Shown piece by piece: positions 60,987-64,000 of a DNA stretch of 64,000 nucleotides (the stretch's first letter is position 1; each line of letters opens with the position of its first letter). The notes beneath the pieces are model-generated. The model saw nothing but the letters and a program-made list of their open reading frames with translations. It had not been told where the DNA came from and made no database searches. Location of the stretch: NCBI GenBank assembly GCA_020341755.1, contig CP070834.1, forward strand, positions 1,749,141-1,813,140, read 5' to 3'. The position numbers and the translations under genes were made by a program. The DNA comes from a candidate division WOR-3 bacterium. Its GTDB lineage: Bacteria > Hydrothermota > Tepidihabitantia > SM23-42.

Positions 60987-63095
60987 TTACTTATTCATCT
61001 CCTTGACAATACTAGCAAATTTACGTGCTTCATCCTTGCCGATCCACTCCAGTCTTACTGAATTCTTGTTGAACCCGAGGAGATCGAGATTGATCCGTAA
61101 AATCTGTTCCCGTGCCTTTGCCCGGAAGTTGCCTCGAGCATAGTGACAGGCGTTGGGGTAGCATCCACCGATCAGCACTCCTTTGGCACCATTTTGCAGT
61201 GCATCCATCACATGTGAAATGTCGACGGCACCGCTACACGGTACCCGGATTATCCTGACGTTTTGTGGATACGCAACCCTGTCATATGCCGCCCGGTCTG
61301 TGGCATTATACGCAGACCACTTACACAAAAGCGCGAGAATATCGCCCTGCCTGACGAGTGCACGGATGTGACTGCTCAAAGCCGCCGGATTGAACCCTTC
61401 TAATTGACTGGCGTACGAAGGGCACGTTATCGCACAGATGCCGCAGCCCATACACAGTGTTTCGTCGACATGTATCTTGTCTTCGACGATCGATATGGCG
61501 CCGTACGGGCATGTACCGATGCACATACGGCATACACTGCAGAGATCTTCGTTGACAACTGCGTTCGGCTGCTGCATTTCGATCTTGTCCTGATGGAACA
61601 AATTCACGACGGAAAAGGCTGCCTTACGCGCATCGATCAGAGCATCCCGTACGCCGGCCGGGAAGGTCGCTGCACCAGCAGTAAAGATACCCCTCGGCAG
61701 TTCCATATTACCGAGACTTGCGTTTTCAAAGAGTATGGGGAAATCATGCTCTAAACGCACGCCGAGTTTATTGAACGTTTGCGTATCAGGCGTGAAGCCG
61801 GAACTCAATACCACGGTGTCTGCTTCGATCTCGAGCAGTTCGTTGGTGTAGAGATCCTCTGTCCGGACCACGAGATTGCCATTTCTTTGGAAAACCTCTG
61901 ACGGTTTTCCTTTGATAAAGGACACGCCGCGTTCACGCAGGGTATTGTACAAATATTCAAACGTACCGCTGCTCCGCATATCCATGGCAGCGATATATAC
62001 CTGTACGTCGGGGAAACGGTCGACTACCAGCTTGGCTTCTTTCAGTCCGAGAAAACAGCATATCTTCGAGCAATAGAGAAGATGTTTGCTGTCACGGGAA
62101 CCTGCACAATAGATGAACACTATCTTTTTTGGATTGAGCCTGCCGGATGTGACCGCACGTTCGAATTCTAGCGTCGTCATGACACCATCGAGTCTTTTAT
62201 AGCCATATTCCTCTACTCGGGCAACATCGTACCAGGCAAGACCGGTCGCGACGACAATTGCACCTGCCTGTATTTCTTTATCGATACCTTTTTCATCGAG
62301 CGAGATTTTACCCTCACATACCTTGACGCATTCGCCGCAGCGCGTACACGTATCGAAATCGATGGCATATATATCAGGGTAGGTCGGTTCGTAGTAAATC
62401 GCCTTCCGCATCTTGCCGGCATCATCGACCTCGACCGGACACACATCAGCACACTTGCCGCAATTGGTACACTCGATCACACCGCGCGGATGGGTGTGGA
62501 GGGAAACCGTATAATTGCCAACCGTGCCGGTGACACCGGTTACTTCAGCATTGGTATAAATACGGCTCGTGTCGTTCTGGAGCATGTTACCGATCTGGGG
62601 CATGAGGGTGTGGCCATAGGGCGTGCCCTCGGGATAGAGCCGGTCGAGCTGTGCGACGGTACCACCGAGGAATGGTTTTTGTTCAATCATAGTGACCGTA
62701 ATGCCATTGCGCGCCAGTTGAGACGTTACTTCAATACCGGCAATACCTCCTCCGATTACGATCACCTCTTTGTGTTTAATGGGAAAGACCCTGGTGGTAA
62801 CCGGTGTTACGTGCTCCAATTTTGCCACGGCAGCGGTTATAAGATCCCACGCTTTTTCAATCCCGTGCCCGGGTAGAACAACGTGTTCGTGCAGATTGAC
62901 GTACTCGGCGGTCGCGTGTGGAAAGAGACCTTCCATTACGGTCGGGCTGCAGCCGGCGATGACGACTTTTTCATCGGGTTTAATCTGGAACTTCTTCTTG
63001 CAGAGATCATCATGCTGTTCGAGGATAACATTCGGACCGAGGTCTTTTTTCGGTAACTGTATCTTACCCTTGCATGTGCAGACTAATACTCTCAC
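60987..63095 (-). CDS. hdrA: heterodisulfide reductase subunit A fused to an MvhD-like domain
   Basis: The 702-aa ORF has an FAD-binding VIGGGIAGIEVTSQLA and an inserted 2x[4Fe-4S] ferredoxin (CTNCGKCADVCP, CTRCGECVKVCE). It has a C-terminal ferredoxin (CSVCRMCIGTCP, CMGCGICAITCP). The final roughly 110 aa (...VPCSGAVDISHVMDALQNGAKGVLIGGCYPNACHYARGN...) are MvhD-like. Confidence 0.85.
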   Translation of the reverse strand: MRVLVCTCKGKIQLPKKDLGPNVILEQHDDLCKKKFQIKPDEKVVIAGCSPTVMEGLFPHATAEYVNLHEHVVLPGHGIEKAWDLITAAVAKLEHVTPVTTRVFPIKHKEVIVIGGGIAGIEVTSQLARNGITVTMIEQKPFLGGTVAQLDRLYPEGTPYGHTLMPQIGNMLQNDTSRIYTNAEVTGVTGTVGNYTVSLHTHPRGVIECTNCGKCADVCPVEVDDAGKMRKAIYYEPTYPDIYAIDFDTCTRCGECVKVCEGKISLDEKGIDKEIQAGAIVVATGLAWYDVARVEEYGYKRLDGVMTTLEFERAVTSGRLNPKKIVFIYCAGSRDSKHLLYCSKICCFLGLKEAKLVVDRFPDVQVYIAAMDMRSSGTFEYLYNTLRERGVSFIKGKPSEVFQRNGNLVVRTEDLYTNELLEIEADTVVLSSGFTPDTQTFNKLGVRLEHDFPILFENASLGNMELPRGIFTAGAATFPAGVRDALIDARKAAFSVVNLFHQDKIEMQQPNAVVNEDLCSVCRMCIGTCPYGAISIVEDKIHVDETLCMGCGICAITCPSYASQLEGFNPAALSSHIRALVRQGDILALLCKWSAYNATDRAAYDRVAYPQNVRIIRVPCSGAVDISHVMDALQNGAKGVLIGGCYPNACHYARGNFRAKAREQILRINLDLLGFNKNSVRLEWIGKDEARKFASIVKEMNK

Positions 63096-63955
63096 GATTC
63101 ACCCCCTACTTTTGCCAGGAGAGCGGTTGGTCGTACTCTGTTGAAACGGAAACCGACCGCGTTTTTGTCCAGCCCGAAGCTCAGACCGAGCAGCTGCGGG
63201 TAATAGAGTACCGGCAGGTTGTATTGTGTTTCGAATTTTTCTTCAGCCTTACGCTGATTGTCTTCATACATGACCGTACAAAAAGGGCAAATGGAAATGA
63301 GGGCATCGGCAGCCTCTGTCTTTGCGATCTGTAGTTTGTGATTCGCCATGGTGACCGCAAGTGCCTCGTCTACACCGAGTACCGAACCACCGCAGCACAT
63401 TTTTTTGTCGGGGTATTTTACGGATGTTGCTCCGGTTGCCGTGACCAGTTCGTCAAAGGTGTGCGGGACTTCTGGATCGTCGAATCCATAGAGATATGAC
63501 GGTCTCATGTAGTGACATCCGTAGTGGGCGATGACGTTCAGGGCTGAGAGCGGTTTCTTTACGGCGGCTTTGATTTTTGCGATACCGATATCCTCGTAGA
63601 GCATTCTCACATAATGTTTAACCGTTACATCATGAGGGAACGCAAACCCCAGTTCCTTGCATTTTCTGTAGAAGGAATTGTTCTGCAGTTCGAGCTGAGC
63701 ATCTGAAAGCATGGCAGTACAGGAATTGCAGAGCGTTATAATATTGAGGTTCAAGGCGCTGGCAATCGAGATGTTGCGTGCCGCAATGAGTAGCGACGTC
63801 TCGGCATCGACCGCCTTCATCGGGAAGCCGCAACATGATGCGCCTGACATTTCCTCGAATTCTATGCCGAGAGCGTGAGCGGTATTTCGTGCACTCAGTT
63901 CGTAATGTTGTGCCCGAACGGGTACTGTGCAGCCTAAAAAAAGTGCATATTTCAT
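63092..63955 (-). CDS. hdrB: heterodisulfide reductase subunit B (two CCG domains)
   Basis: The 287-aa ORF starts MKYALFLGCTVP...GASCCGFP, has a second ...KKMCCGGS... motif and ends ...ISICPFCT. It overlaps the hdrA start by 4 nt. Confidence 0.8.
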   Translation of the reverse strand: MKYALFLGCTVPVRAQHYELSARNTAHALGIEFEEMSGASCCGFPMKAVDAETSLLIAARNISIASALNLNIITLCNSCTAMLSDAQLELQNNSFYRKCKELGFAFPHDVTVKHYVRMLYEDIGIAKIKAAVKKPLSALNVIAHYGCHYMRPSYLYGFDDPEVPHTFDELVTATGATSVKYPDKKMCCGGSVLGVDEALAVTMANHKLQIAKTEAADALISICPFCTVMYEDNQRKAEEKFETQYNLPVLYYPQLLGLSFGLDKNAVGFRFNRVRPTALLAKVGGES

Positions 63956-64000
63956 CGCTTCACCACCTTTTCAATACCAGTGTACTCGAGTATTTTCACG

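Overview
The window is 64 kb of a roughly 50% GC bacterial chromosome, probably from an uncultivated anaerobe. I find no transposases, integrases, CRISPR arrays or rRNA genes. About 55 coding genes are supported, plus one tRNA, three promoters and three terminators.

Main contents, in order along the window:
- **Start of window:** a partial cNMP-binding protein, then a four-gene block of very large TPR and coiled-coil proteins.
- **Core metabolism and housekeeping:** pyruvate phosphate dikinase, tRNA-Val, a groES/groEL operon with an upstream zinc-ribbon gene, lpxB, ispA and dxs, GTP-dependent PEP carboxykinase, priA and tyrS.
- **Cell-surface and glycan genes:** several glycosyltransferases, two GMD/Rmd-family sugar enzymes, an LptE-like lipoprotein, and an unusual GT2 plus polyprenyl-glycosylphosphotransferase fusion.
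- **Type IX secretion hints:** a 1800-aa outer-membrane-like protein that may be a SprA/Sov-type translocon, directly followed by a glutaminyl-cyclase-like M28 protein; elsewhere, a glycine-rich protein with a clear T9SS C-terminal sorting domain.
- **Energy metabolism at the right end:** an HdrB, HdrA(MvhD-fused), MvhG, MvhA, maturation-protease cluster typical of electron-bifurcating Mvh/Hdr complexes; the window ends 45 bp after hdrB so any hdrC lies outside it.

The most unusual locus is at 29.9-33.9 kb. A 502-aa membrane protein ends in an imperfect 12-nt tandem repeat that encodes (His-Ser-Ala-Cys)n, and the repeat copies differ only at synonymous positions. It is followed by a possible 25-aa small ORF and then a radical SAM/SPASM enzyme with an N-terminal PqqD-like recognition domain. 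That enzyme is translationally coupled to a downstream 4-TM membrane protein. I read this as a candidate, uncharacterised RiPP-like or Cys-crosslinking maturation system.

All functional calls come from motif recognition by eye and are not search-verified. Hand-derived coordinates may be off by 1-2 nt.
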